From: Octopus sinensis
Lineage: Eukaryota
Assembly: GCF_006345805.1 (NCBI RefSeq)
Contig: NC_043006.1
Coordinates: forward strand, 98,828,001-98,892,000
DNA: 64,000 nucleotides
Reading direction: 5' to 3'
Shown here: positions 49,513 through 62,869 of the stretch, in pieces
How positions within the stretch are numbered: the stretch's first letter is position 1
How the letters are laid out: each line of letters begins with the position of its first letter
Program-made: the position numbers and the translations under genes
Notes under the pieces: model-generated
The model's input: only the letters and a program-made list of their open reading frames with translations
The model's database searches: none
What the model was told of the DNA's origin: nothing

Positions 49513-50734
49513 TATATATATATATATATATTGAGGCATCTCCTTCAAAGAGGCATGTTATTTTATATAATTAAACTATGATACGAAAAAAAATAATAAT
49601 AAGTAGTCTTTGAGGCATTGACAATTCCATATTTTTATTCCGGATACGTTATGCAGTCATTGAGCGTTATTTACTTTTAATGTATATACTATGCGCTTTA
49701 TTATTTAACACTTATGTATTATACAGTTCAATAACTCTTTGTATATAATTAAAATATCAAATATAGTTTGGTGCGTTGCATGACTGACACCTTGTCAGTT
49801 ACAGTGGAATTTTCGAATTAGACTTGGAAGACAGGCAATGAGTTAATCAGTTGCAGTGATAGTATATTTCATGATCGTTTTACCAACATGCTTATCGTTA
49901 CCATCCGTTAGTTCTCACAAGTTTTTGAACATCATGGACATTATCATCTGCTGAGAATTGCAACAATTGTGAAACGAGTTTAACTACAAACTAGGTGCGT
50001 TTGCAAGGAAACTCTATTTCATTTCCATAAGAAACGCTTTGTGAATTCACATGAATATGAAAACAAATATAAAATAATAATTTGGGAACTTAGCACACAC
50101 CGGAATGATAAAAAAAATCTAATACAAAATATGTGGTACATATTGTTGATATGTATTTGTTGTTTGAGCCAATAACCTTTTGTTGTTGTTTTTTAGTCCT
50201 ATGCTATTTATATATTACGATTATATTCTTTCGCTTAACAAGCAAATACATAATATAACACAATTATACATAACATTCTATGCACGAAAACAGAAAAGCA
50301 AGTATATTGCAGCGTAAAATCGAATTGAAGCTAATTTGCTTAAGAACATTTTATTTGTTTCAGATGTTTCTAAGCATGTACTTTCCTACCCTGAAAGTTT
50401 TAAAAACAAAAGCTACGTTATTACAAGAGAGAAAATGATGAATATACCAAAACAAAAACATATATATTTCTATAATATAATTGGTTACATATACTATGGA
50501 AAGGAAAGAATTTAATATAATCGGACAGGATTTAGAAACATGGTCAGGGCAATTTTGCTACATTTAAACATTTACATACTTAAATAAATTGAGAAAGTAT
50601 AATGTTATATCAGCAAGAGCGTATTTTTTCAGAAGATACCAAAGATAACGTTCAATAATTTGGCGAAAAACAACTTAAAACATCGCCAAAAATAGTGATA
50701 TACCCTATGAGTATATTGGTTTCATATTTTGGTA

Positions 50735-51730
50735 AAAGGCCAGTAATTTCGTGGATGGGGTATGGGGGGGTGTAGTTGATAATTTCGACCAAAGTGCTCA
50801 ACTGCTATTTATTTTAACGACCCCGAAAGGATAAAAAGCAAATAGACTTCGGTGGGATTTGAACACAGAACGTTAAAGCCGGACGAAATGCCGCTAAGCA
50901 GTTTTGTCGGCATGCTAAACGATTCAGCAAGTTCACCTCTTTAAACTCTGAGTACAGTGATTTCGAATTTTGGTACAAGGCCAGCAATTTTGAGGGAGAA
51001 GTGAAGCCTATCATATCGAGTACAGTGCTCAATTGGTACTAACTTTTTTGTCTCCTAAAGCATAAAAAGCAAAGGTGAACTTGACAGAATTTGAATTCAG
51101 GCGGTAATGGCAGACGAAATGAGTTAGCATTTTACCCGGCGTGCTAACAGTTCTGCCAGTGCGCCGCCCTAGACTCTGAATATTATTACGAATACGGCGA
51201 TTCGATTATCACCAAAATCAACATCCGTGATATTTGGACACAAAAGTTTCACCCTGAAAAAATGCTGGTAAGCATTTTAATCATCATGCCGACGATACGC
51301 CAGCTGACAACCCTTGGAAACTTTTGAAATTTGCTTCAAATGTTGACACAAGGCCAGCGGTTATAGGGGCGGGGATGCTTATTTTATCAGTTTCGAAAGG
51401 ATGATAGGCAAAAATCGTCCTCGGTGCAATTTGAATTCAGAACGTAAAGACGGACGAGATGCTACTAAGCTTTTCTCTGTGTGTGCTAAGGACTCTACCG
51501 GCTCACCGACGTAGAAATGTCTAAAATTAGTTTCAAAGGCCAGCGATTTCGGGGGAAGCCGTAAATCAATTACATTAACCCTAGGGCTAACCTGGTACTT
51601 ACGTTATCGACTCCAACTCATGAAAGGCAACGGCAACCCTGGTGGCATTTGAACTCAGAACTTATAACTGGAAGAAATACATCTAAGTATTTTGCCCGAC
51701 ATGAGAACGATCTGCCAACTTGTCGCCTTA
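50735..51730 (-). mobile_element. Array of four diverged, same-orientation SINE family C copies (tail type B)
   Basis: Units at ~50735-50940, 50965-51170, 51330-51510 and 51525-51730. Each has aaggccag...gaaaggat/aaaggca...atttgaa(c/t)tcag...gctaa homology. Confidence 0.7.
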
Positions 51731-52447
51731 GAAACTATTAATATTACCACGAGATATAAATTCTCATTAAAGAAATAAAGTAGGAAAAGTAAGCGAAATA
51801 CCTACTTTCTATTGAATAAAATGAAAGTAACCATAGTAAGAAACATAAATTAACAAATATGCACTTACATAAATATATGCACACATTTACACATACACGC
51901 ACACGCATACTCATGCACGCATGGAAACATACACACACAGACACACACAGATATATTTCCTATTTTAGGGGAGTCCGTCTCTTGCTTTTCTAACTTTCAC
52001 TTGTTGGCACATAGGATATTCAGATAAATTTTGTCCGGAAAATCGATAGGGTTTGCACTTTTATCTAAATATATAGGTATGCATTTCTAGTCGTAGGATA
52101 TGATGATTGGGAGAAAGTATGATAAAGGGGTAAAAGAAAGAAAACAAGAGTGTTGGAGGGAATGTTAATAAGGGACAAAAGAGAGAAAAGGGAGAAAAAG
52201 TAAATAACTCTGATAGGAAGAAACAGAAAGCGAGCAATTAAAGTGAATGAAAAGCAAGGAGGATAGGTAAAAGGGAAGAAACAGAAATTGAATGAGAAAG
52301 ATAAGTGGGGACAGGTCTCTGATGCATAAAACAGACGACGAAGTATTAAGAATAAGGAATGAAATTGAAAAATACCATGAGAGTTGAAGTGGCAGTGATT
52401 GCTGATTTATTGATTGGCAAGATGGTAAGATGGTAAATAAAGTATAT

Positions 52448-52613
52448 GGCCGTAGGAGTGACTGTGTGGTAAGAAGCTTGCTTACGAACCACATAGTTCC
52501 ATGTTCAGTCCCACTGCGTGACACCTTGGGCAAATGTCTTCTACTATAGCCTCGGGCCGACCAAAGCCTTGTGAGTGGATTTGGCAGACGGAAATTGAAA
52601 GAAGCCCGTCGTA

Positions 52614-52685
<72 letters not shown>

Positions 52686-52905
52686 TTTGTGTGTGTGTAT
52701 ACGTTTGTGTGTCTGTGTTTGTCCCCCAACATCGCTTGACAACCGATGCCGGTGCGTTTACGTCCCCGTAACTTAGCTGTTCGGCAAATGAGACCGATAG
52801 AATAAGTACTAGTCTTACAAAGAATGAGTCCTGGAGTCGATTTGCTCGACCAAAGGCGGTGCTCCAGCATGGCAACAGTCACACGACTGAAACAAATAAA
52901 AGGAG
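52448..52905 (+). mobile_element. SINE family B, full length
   Basis: Head, CORE-like caccttgggcaaatgtctt, internal (TA)n(TG)n and conserved tail. Confidence 0.9.
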
Positions 52906-53561
52906 AAGAGAAAAATAGAATAATTCCAAAAAAAATTAGAGATGGATAAAAATTGAGAGAGGTATGAATATATTATTGAAAATTTCTGAAAATCACGATA
53001 AGTAAACCGAAAGGAAAGCCTAACATTGGGGGTAGGGTTTTGGGGGGGGAATGGTTAATATTTCAAAATAGATAGAGTAACGTGTAATAAAATAAATTCA
53101 AGAAGATAAGAATGAACAGAAAATGGTAAAGCAAAATAGAATAGTATTTTGACGGGGTTATCGATAACATTGTGGGGTAAAACAGGAGAAAACGCTGGAA
53201 AAAATTGATGAAATAAGATTAGAGAAAAGTTGATAAGAAAAATTTAATTAGAGAAAAAAGTAACTGAAAAAGAAAATGGAGAGATAACAGGATACATGAC
53301 AATGTAAAGGAATTGGAAGAGTTCATAATAATTATAAGGATTATGGAGAAAGAACATGACAAAAGGAGAAAAATAGGAAGAAAGCCAGAAGAAACAAGAG
53401 GAAAATGTATGAAGGCAGGTGATAGAAAAAAGCCTCAGCGGGAAACGAAATGTGGGTACAATATTAATGAAGAAATCGAGATAAATATGAAAGAATATTA
53501 GTAGTTCAAACGAGTCTGTTGAGACTGTCTAAGGGTGCAATATCAGATGATAGCAAAGATA

Positions 53562-53948
53562 GGAGGAAGCACTCCGTCGGTTACGACGACGAGGGTTCCG
53601 GTTGAGCCGATCAACGGAACAGCCTGTTCGTGAAATTAACGTGTAAGTGGCTGAGCACTCCACAGACACGTGTACCCTTAACGTAGTTCTCGGGGATATT
53701 CAGCATGACACAGAGAGTGACAAGGCCGGCCCTTTGAAATACAGGTACAACAGAAACAGGAAATAAGAGTGAGAGAAAGATGTGGTGAAAGAGTACAGCA
53801 GGGATCACCACCATCCCCTGCCGGAGCCTCGTGGAGCTTTTAGGTGTTTTCGCTCAATAAACACTCACAACGCCCGGTCTGGGAATCGAAACCGCGATCC
53901 TACGACCGCGAGACCGCTGCCCTAACCACTGGGCCATTGCGCCTCCAC
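53562..53948 (-). mobile_element. SINE family A, full length, tail type 1
   Basis: 13 bp TSD gatagcaaagata at 53549-53561 and 53949-53961. Confidence 0.93.
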
Positions 53949-55115
53949 GATAGCAAAGATAATAGACATATTGAACTTAAAGCTGCATGTGACCAACAGA
54001 TATAGTATAAATAAAGGGGAACTGATGGCAGATATAGTTATATTGTTGAAAGGAGTAAGTCTTAAAGCCTACTCGTTAACATGTGCAGTCATGTAAACGT
54101 TATGTTTATATCTACTGCTTCGTGCAGTCATCGACAAAAGAGTGCTGGGAATCATTTAAATTATATTGATAAGAAATGAAGAGGTGGAGCCGATGTTTAG
54201 AAAGCTGCGTGCAGGATTATTACTATTCTGTTTGTAGAAGGAAATCCGCTGATGGAGGAGTATGCTTAAATGATTGTAGATGAATTTCCTCTCATGTGGG
54301 CAAGAAATAACGATTTCTCCTCTTCGCTTTTGGACGTTGCTTGCAGATAAGATAAACAGGTTTTAGGTTACATGCTCTTTTCATACTGTGCCCCGTTTAT
54401 TACAGGTACTTGCTTTTGCTTAAATGTTCCAGTTAATGATAAGACTGTTTATAGTGTTGTCGGCAAGGTACTTTTTATACTTTTTCGCTCTCTTCTTCTT
54501 TTTTCTATTTTTATGAACTTACCCATTCCTTTTCTCCTTTTTCTTCTTTACTTGTCTTATTTTTATTCTCGTTTCTTTTTTCACTATATATATTCTCTTT
54601 CTCCATTTTCTTCATTTTCTTCATTTCAAACCCCCCTTATATTCCATTTCCTTTTCTTTGTTTTACTTTACTTTCTTTCTCTGAATTCACTCCTCTTTTC
54701 CTTCTTTTAGCTCTGCCACATTTTCTCACATTTTCTCTTTCACTATCATACTCTATGACTCGAAATCTAGAATCACACACATACACACACATATATGTCT
54801 GTGTGTCTGTGTGTGTGTAAATGACAAATCCCATAAATTAACCAGTCAGAACTTCACTGAATATCAGAGTAGCGTGAGGCAGACACGATCAAATTAGAAT
54901 ATCATTAAGTGACAAAATGCTATTGTGTACTCTTTTTTACGAGATTTAATTCCTAAATGTATACATATGTACACATACACAAACATATAATATTATATAA
55001 ATATATATATATACACACTTGGAAATGGATGCGTCGCATTCAGTTAAATGACAATATATTATATATACATACATATATACAAAGATATACATATATACAT
55101 ATATATGTGTATATG

Positions 55116-55290
55116 TGACCTCGTGAGTACTGCTGGTGATGTTTTTCCTCTGTCTTCCCTTCTCGGGATCTTTCCTTCTCCTATGTTTCCGACGAAGAGC
55201 TCCGCTCGAAACGTTGAACCCTCCTTTTTCCCTTCTTTCCTGAGCGTCCAATAATACTTTATTTGTTCCACGTCCTCGCGTTGTTGTGTT
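55116..55290 (+). mobile_element. PLE-derived cassette with minimal hammerhead-like motif
   Basis: gtttCCGACGAA GAGC tcc GCTC GAAAcgttgaac; homologous to 12430-12645. Confidence 0.65.
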
Positions 55291-55291
55291 G

Positions 55292-55485
55292 TATACGAAA
55301 GAAGGTTCAAAAATGCAATTTTAAAATATGTTTATTTACTTTACCTGTTTCACTCTTTGTAACAACCAATAATTAACGCAACCAAACTTCTACATGTTAC
55401 TTTTGACAATCGTTTTCCAAAGAGTGAAACCGGTGAAGTAAATAAACATCTTTTTAAATTGCATTTTCAAACCTTCTTTCCTATA
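55292..55485. mobile_element. ~190 bp MITE-like hairpin (TA-flanked, ~67 bp inverted arms)
   Basis: tatacgaaagaaggtt...gtttcactcttt versus aaagagtgaaac...aaccttctttcctata, with a ~60 nt spacer. Confidence 0.7.
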
Positions 55486-55524
55486 TAATTCCGCTCGTGC
55501 GGTACTCTACAACTCCACTTTGTT

Positions 55525-55589
<65 letters not shown>

Positions 55590-55590
<1 letters not shown>

Positions 55591-55985
55591 ACATGAATAT
55601 ATGGGTACAAGACATCTCAAACGATGCAAGTAACATGAAAGGCGTAAACAAAGAGGAAAAACGAAAAATAGGACAAGTAAAGACAGAGAAAGGACCCGTC
55701 ATCAGTTGTCAGCTGTCTATCTAATCCTCATTTCGAACATGCAAAGAAAATATGAGTCTTCGTCGCATACATTTTAAAATAAAGTGTAGGATTTATGGAG
55801 GGTCAAATTTTGGAACCAAAAAATTGATGGTCAAGACACAAGGAAACCGAACAAAAACAAGCATGGAGAGTCGTTCAACCGGAACGAGAGAAACATAGGA
55901 ACGCTGACACTCGTTTTCCCCTCGTTCCTTTACGTATTTCATGTTATTTGCACCGTTAGTGACATCATGTACCCATATAAGCACA
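55590..55985. repeat. Diverged inverted repeat (~75 bp arms) between (TA)n tracts
   Basis: atatgggtacaagacatc...aacatgaaa versus tttcatgtta...gacatcatgtacccatat; the terminus is related to cgtcctgtacccatat at ~12330. Confidence 0.6.
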
Positions 55986-56006
55986 CATATATATATGTAT
56001 ATATAT

Positions 56007-56090
<84 letters not shown>

Positions 56091-56219
56091 TATATAATAT
56101 ATATATGTATATATATGTATATATATAATATATATTATATGATATATATATATATATATATATATACATACATATATAATATAATATAATAGTAATAACA
56201 TAAAAGAGGAATTTCGATT

Positions 56220-57345
56220 ATTCCCACGTGGTGCGTTGTAATGTATATAAGAAATTAAAAAAGGAAAATACGCAGAAATACATAGTTTTAATATGATTTT
56301 TAATATATCGACCGGTTTCGCTATCGCTATTCATGATATTATGTTTTACTTATTTGAATATATATTTTTTCTTAAGGAGAAATTTCGTCCATGCTGTGTG
56401 TGAGGAAATTCACGAATAGATAAATAAAAGGAGGTAATTTGTTATCGTTATTATTGTTATTGTTGTGGGTAAGGGAGATAACTGTTCAGCTTTCGGTAAT
56501 GGGTGGGGATTATATATGTGTACAGACAGAGACAAGTTTCAAAAACCTTGTTTAGTACGGGATTTATGTACAGTGATGTAATCATGAATTGAAATATGTA
56601 AAAAGTTAAAAGTTGGATATTCGTGCATATTTAGAGGTGTTTTGTATTTTTCAATGAAAAAAAGTTTCTTTATTTAAACGTTGTAGTTGAGAGATTGTGT
56701 CTTTGCACTGGTAGAAAGGGAAGACTGTGAAATTTGGTTTGATGTTACCTGCACATTTTTCTATACGTTCACTGAGAGGAAGTTGTCTGTATTGCGGGAA
56801 ACGGATTTGCTCCTTAGGTAGAGTGGTACTGTATCTGAAGGTCATACTCGTTTGTCCAATATAGTGGTGTCCGCAACCTGAGCAGGTTATTACATAAATT
56901 AGGTTCTCAGAGGCACAGATGACACTAGTTTTAATTGTGAACCTCCGTCCTTGTTTGAAAAGGAAATCCGAACCTTCAAGCATGTTGGGGCAGGTTCCAC
57001 AGTTTGGGCGTCCACATTTTTCAACCGTTGGCTTCGTGGTTGTTTTGTAAAGCTTCGCATTTGTTGGTAGCCTCTTTAGCGATTTGTCTTGTATTTCTGC
57101 ATTTGATGAGTTTCTGTGTTTTCAGGATGTCGTTCATTTTTGGATTTCTAGTTAGTAAAGGAAGAGTTTGCACAATAGTGTTGAATGTCTCACTGTTTCT
57201 GGGATTGTGTTCTGATATAAATAGTAATGTTTTGGTTTGAAGTGTGGTGCCACGTTTTTTGTTCTTAGTATTTTTGTGTCTAATTGTTTGGCACGTTTAA
57301 TTCCCTCGTCGATAAGAGAGGGTGGATATTTTCTTTGTAATATAA
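56220..57345 (-). mobile_element. Penelope-like element 3' portion (linker, CxxxxCxxC, GIY-YIG) with pLTR
   Basis: KCGRPNCGTC then SENLIYVITCSGCGHHYIGQTS...EQIRFPQYRQLPLSERIEKC; damaged hammerhead-like motif at 56305-56339. Confidence 0.85.
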
Positions 57346-57569
57346 TATTGTCTTATAATATAATATATATATATATATTATTTATTAGTTATCATTTAAT
57401 TGAACGCGACGCGTTCATTACCAAGTAAGGTTATATTCGCCAGTTTTGATGCAACTCTCTAGTCTATATTGTTTTCTTCCTTCATCCTTTTCTACTCCCT
57501 TTTTCTCCTACTCCTTACGTCACCGTTTTCTACTTCTCTCTTCTCTTTCTCTTTTTCTCCCTCTCTCTC

Positions 57570-57800
57570 ACGTTCGATGGTCACACACGACCATCATCTA
57601 TTTTGCTATCCCTCACATGACCATATTTCTTTAACTGCATGGACGTTTAAACCTATAGTTTCTCTCTTCAAAATCTGTTTCTCCCAGCGTTCACTGTTTT
57701 CTTCACGTTCTGGTCTATAAGACTTATATCTGATGTCTTCGTGGACATTGTTTCTGACCGTTTCTTCTGTCACATGGACGTCTTTTGCAATTGAGTTCAT
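57570..57800 (-). mobile_element. Tc1/mariner-superfamily (maT/DD37D-like) transposase fragment
   Basis: MNSIAKDVHVTEETVRNNVHEDIRYKSY resembles the second HTH of maT-type transposases. Confidence 0.5.
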
Positions 57801-58261
57801 GGACTATCTGCCAGCTCACCGCTTGAAACAAGGTAAAATTATTTACATATATTTATATATTTTCGTTGTTTTAGGAAGCACTACATTTAGTCATGATAAA
57901 ATTAAATGAATCAAACAATTCCAGGAAAACTAGAACACGCTAATTATACTGTATTCGAAAAGAAATTGCAAGAGAATTTCAGGAAAGACAACATATGGAA
58001 ACAATTAGCAGTTCGAATTTATGAGCGTGTACAAGAATGATAATTTCCTTGCTACGTTTAATTAAAAGTTTGAACTATTAAACCATTAAAAAAAATTACA
58101 TCAATATTATACATAAATGCATACGTATAACCACCCCCGTATATTTAAGTATATAGGTATGCATGTGTATTTACACACGCGCGTTTAAACACACACACAC
58201 ACATATATAACGATGTATTAAATATTTATAAATTCCATTTAAACTATTGTTATTATATACA

Positions 58262-58309
<48 letters not shown>

Positions 58310-58388
58310 ACATATATGTTTGTGAGGGGGTTAGTGTGTGCGTATGTATAAATGCATCCATGCATATATATGTATGCATATATATATA

Positions 58389-58423
<35 letters not shown>

Positions 58424-59132
58424 ACTACATATAAATATATGTGCATGCCACACACATATACACACATATATTTATATATATGGATATTACTACTCTTATG
58501 CGCATACATATACGCATGAGTAAGGGAAATTGTGAGAGAAATTGTAGAAATGCTATAAGGAAAAGTATATTTTTATGCATATATATTCTCATTTATAAAC
58601 TAAGAATATGTGTACAGCTCTAAATCAAGTTGAATTGTATTTCATAACTGATGCTTCAAATACCAATTAATGAAATATGTGTCATAAAAATATTCGGAGC
58701 ATAATCAAAGGTATTATAATTAAGAAATATGTGTGCAATTTTAAATGAATTATTGTAGTTAATTTGCATTCGACGTAGATCAAATGGAGTCAATTGAGAC
58801 AAAAATAAACATTACACATATTACCATATTTGTGTGTTTATATTAAATTAATTAGCATATTTAATTTTATTGTTTACACAACGTCTCTTTAAGTTATGAA
58901 ATTAATATCAACGATACGATGATAAAATTTCATTTGTAATTCTAAATTATACTTAGTAGACAAATGGTAGCTACAAATACTATATATTATATTGGTATGT
59001 CTCTTTTCCTAAGTATATACATACACATATCTATCAATCTATTTGTATGTATATATATATATATATATATATATCAATCTATTTGCGTATGCACATATAA
59101 ATATAAATATATATATATATTATATATATATA

Positions 59133-59195
<63 letters not shown>

Positions 59196-59344
59196 TGGTG
59201 TGCATGTAGATACGCATATTTATATGTATATACATATGTGTAAATATATCCATCACTGACATGAAGTGAAGGGCAATTAATTAGGGCAATGAAAAAAATA
59301 TTTGTTATATATTTTAACATTTAAAGGCAAGCTCACTGCAGCTA

Positions 59345-60635
59345 CCGTTCTAATATTTAGAAGGTCTCTTTTTTGGTGGTAAGGTTGTCAAGAATATGCT
59401 AATGTTTGGAATTTGGTTGCATCCAGGTAACTGTATGGGTATGCTTCTGATGAAAAACACTTTTGCAGATGATGAGATCAAGTTCAGTGCAGAGCGCAAG
59501 AGTACGTAGACCATTAACGTTCATTTTGCCCAAACCATATCTCCCTAGTGCATCACAGGTCTTATAATCGCATCCAACACGGGCATTGAAATCGCCAAGC
59601 AGGATCTTATCTGCATTTCGAATTGACAACATAACCGATCTGAGATCTTCATAGGAAGCCATATGAAGATGGCTATCAAGAGTAGGAGCATATACAGAGA
59701 TACCAGTTATAGAACGATTGCATGATACAGGAGCTCGAAGATACATAATCCTATCACTGAAACCATTAGGTTGTTCTGTTTTGTGGGTTATCTTGGTACG
59801 AATGGCAAAGCCAACACCCCATACTCGTAATTGTTTCTGTCAAATGATCTTCATCATTCAACCAAATTTCAGAGAGTGCAGTAATGTCGATTTTATACCG
59901 AGCCAACTCCTTGGATATTGTGCCAGTTCGCCGTTCAAGGTTACTTGAACCCTCTTGATAAATAAGTGCCCTAACATTCCATACACCTACCCATAATCTA
60001 TATTTCTTACTTGCATGTTTTCTCTTTGTATCACTCCTGCTGTAGTGAACAACCGTCAGCTGCAATTTGCTGACCAGCTTGGTGGTAGGACAGGCATTTT
60101 TTATGGTCACCATTTCTAGACCTTTCCAAGATTTCTGGGTGAGTAGTGCTACCCGATAGAGGGCTGTTAAGACTCTCTCAACCTCGCCGAAGCATGCTAC
60201 TGCTCTTTCAAAAATCCAGTGACGTTAGATGGGCCCGGAGCCGCCCACGTGCAGATTCATGACTACGTACTCCCAGCCCATTAAGCCTCTTACATGGCGC
60301 CACTATTGCATCGCCGTGGGGTTATGAAGATATATCTGTGCCACACTCTTGTACGACACGTATAGCACCCACCCCTCCCCAGTGATATCCAGTGACAGAC
60401 AAATGCAAGTTGACTGGGTGATTGTGGCGGTCGCATGTTTTATTATCCCGGAATTTAAACTCTGCAGTGGTTTTATAGCAAAGTGACCTTCTCCTAGTCT
60501 TTGCCCAACCGAAGGCTCACAGCAAGACAGCAGTGAAGGGTTTAAATTACAAGTAACCTTCTCCAAGACAGATTGCCTTCCGCACGGCTTTATCAAACCT
60601 AGGATCTCCATCTACCCCTTTAACTACATCCACAA
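59345..60635 (-). mobile_element. RTE-clade LINE 5' portion (5'UTR plus endonuclease), lacking RT
   Basis: VWNVRALI, ELARYKIDITALSEIW, ISVYAPTL, KILLGDFNARVG, GKMNVNGLRTLALC and TWMQPNSKH are typical RTE endonuclease motifs. Confidence 0.88.
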
Positions 60636-60998
60636 ATACATACAAACCAAATAAAATAAAAGAAGTGAAAAAATAGAAATATATATATAAAATCTCTGTC
60701 CCCTCAAAGATGAATAACGAAAACACACAAACGCAATATACACACATACACAATTGAGCCAACTATACACATATATACTTATAATAATTGGATTCAGTTG
60801 ACTCTTAAGGGTTTTTCCGCCCTTTTACAGGTCTTGTTTTTAGTCCTGCAAGGTGTCCAATACAGACCCTCCTCACCAAGTGGAATTGGTGGGGTAGACA
60901 GTTTAGTCGCCGCCGAACCGAACATGCGACAGGTAGTACTAGGTTACATGGTAACAGTAGCGTAAACAACCTGACACATATGTGTGTGTGGGGGGGTG

Positions 60999-61264
60999 TA
61001 CACATCGCTGGTCACAATGCGCTTAGCATTGTTTTAGCCTTCAACTGACGCCACCCCACTGGCTAAGCGAGCAAGCCAACAAAAGAAAGAGTGAGAGAAA
61101 GTTGTGGCGAAAGAGTACAGCAGGGATCGCCACTACCCCCTGCCGGAGCCTCGTGGAGCTTTAGGTGTTTTCGATCAATAAACACTCAAAACGCCCGGTC
61201 TGGGAATCGAAGCCGCGATCCTACGACCGCGAGTCCGCTGCCCTAACCACTGGGCCATTGCGCC
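60999..61264 (-). mobile_element. SINE family A with tail type 2
   Basis: Homologous to 19197-19488. Confidence 0.88.
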
Positions 61265-62329
61265 ATATATATATATGGGCGAGTATTCGAATGCAAACAT
61301 TCGAAATAAGATATTATAATTGTTAATTCTGTGGTGAATATAAATAACTGACAATAATAACGACAGTGATATAGATGCTAGGAGGTTTAATAGCATTATA
61401 TAGTTATTAAATTAAAAATTAGCCGAAGTATAATGACGCATAAGGTATCAACCTGTTTAGAAATATGAGTTTAAATTCTTAATTCATCTTTAAAAAGTAC
61501 CAAACCTAAGAGAAAATGTCAGCAAGAAGGTTGAGGCCCGTTGGGCGAACACCCGAAACCATGGAGTAAGGGCCTCGGAATGGCATACGTATTATTGGTA
61601 TGCTTTTTAATTTCTTAATTCTTCCCTGGCTTAATGTTATTTTTTGTTACTTTTGCTACTTTTTCGTTGTTGAATTGGGCCTTTATCTCCTACATACTAA
61701 GCAGGTCGATGCCTTGTGCGTCCTTGTGTTTCGTGCTCATATTTCACTTTATATGTACATATACATATAAACGCACACATATAGATACTTACATGTAATT
61801 TATATTAATGTTTGCTGTTATGTGATCTTGTAGAGTCTATTTAACTGAAAAATACTGAGTGCTTTTCAGTAAATGGGTACTTATTAGAACTTACAAAGGA
61901 AAGATTGAAAGTAACCTCTGAGTTTGCGTAAAGATCTTGTCGAAATTCTTCGTACCAGAATAAGGGAAATTTCGTTATTTAAAGCTTTGTTAGTCTGTGG
62001 CTATAGAGACTTTCGGATACAAAAAAAAACAAAAAAGAAACACATTCACATTCTGTTTTCTGGATGAGACGAGTTAAAATTTTTCCTTTGTAGTGTTCGG
62101 GTATATTTAAATGTACAGTAGTATTTCTCTACCAGTTATAAGCTGTTTATCCATCGTTTCTTTATGGAGGTTAAGAGAATTTGGAGCGCAGATGCGAGTT
62201 CATATGGCTTGAGATTGTCAGACCGTTTTCCCTATACAGTGTCGATTTATGGTGTTGTGTGCACTTCCCTTAAAGTATCAAGGATAAATAACCCGCTGAC
62301 TATGTATGAACATATTCATATATATATAT

Positions 62330-62726
62330 ACTAGCAGTATCGCCCGGCGTTGCTCGGGTTTGTAAGGGAAATAATTATATAAGCATTTTTAGAGATGTAA
62401 AGTATAATAGCCATCTCAATATGGCTAACCACAAAGGGGGAGGGGTGTTACTGTAGCTTTTTAGGTTCTGAGATTTAATGATAAATTTTAGAGAGTTACT
62501 TCTCTTATAGATGTCAAAAATGGATTAAAAATGGGAAAAATTGATGGTAAATTTGTTTTTAAATCGTAGACTCATCGTAGACGCGCGCTAATACCCAGAC
62601 GGTCTCGATATGAATCACGACTATAAGATACCCGGTTTTGGTTAAACTGCACCGCAAAATGTGGGAGTAGTTAGGAATCTAAATCGTAGGAGACAGACAC
62701 ACAACCTCACTTTTATATATAAAGAT
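62330..62726 (+). mobile_element. HINE/Lep1-like element
   Basis: Same 5' end as 8483; ends cttttatatataaagat. Confidence 0.7.
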
Positions 62727-62869
62727 TTCCTCTATTTACATAATATTGAGGTCTCTTTCTTTCTTTTGTTATCTTACTGTTTTTACCAATATACATATAT
62801 ATATATATATAATATATATATATTATATATATATATATAATATATATATATATAATATATATATATAGT

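Noticed and set aside
52165-52875. 236 aa minus-strand ORF
   Set aside because: Runs antisense through a SINE B copy and its microsatellite; the same peptide pieces recur at other SINE B copies.
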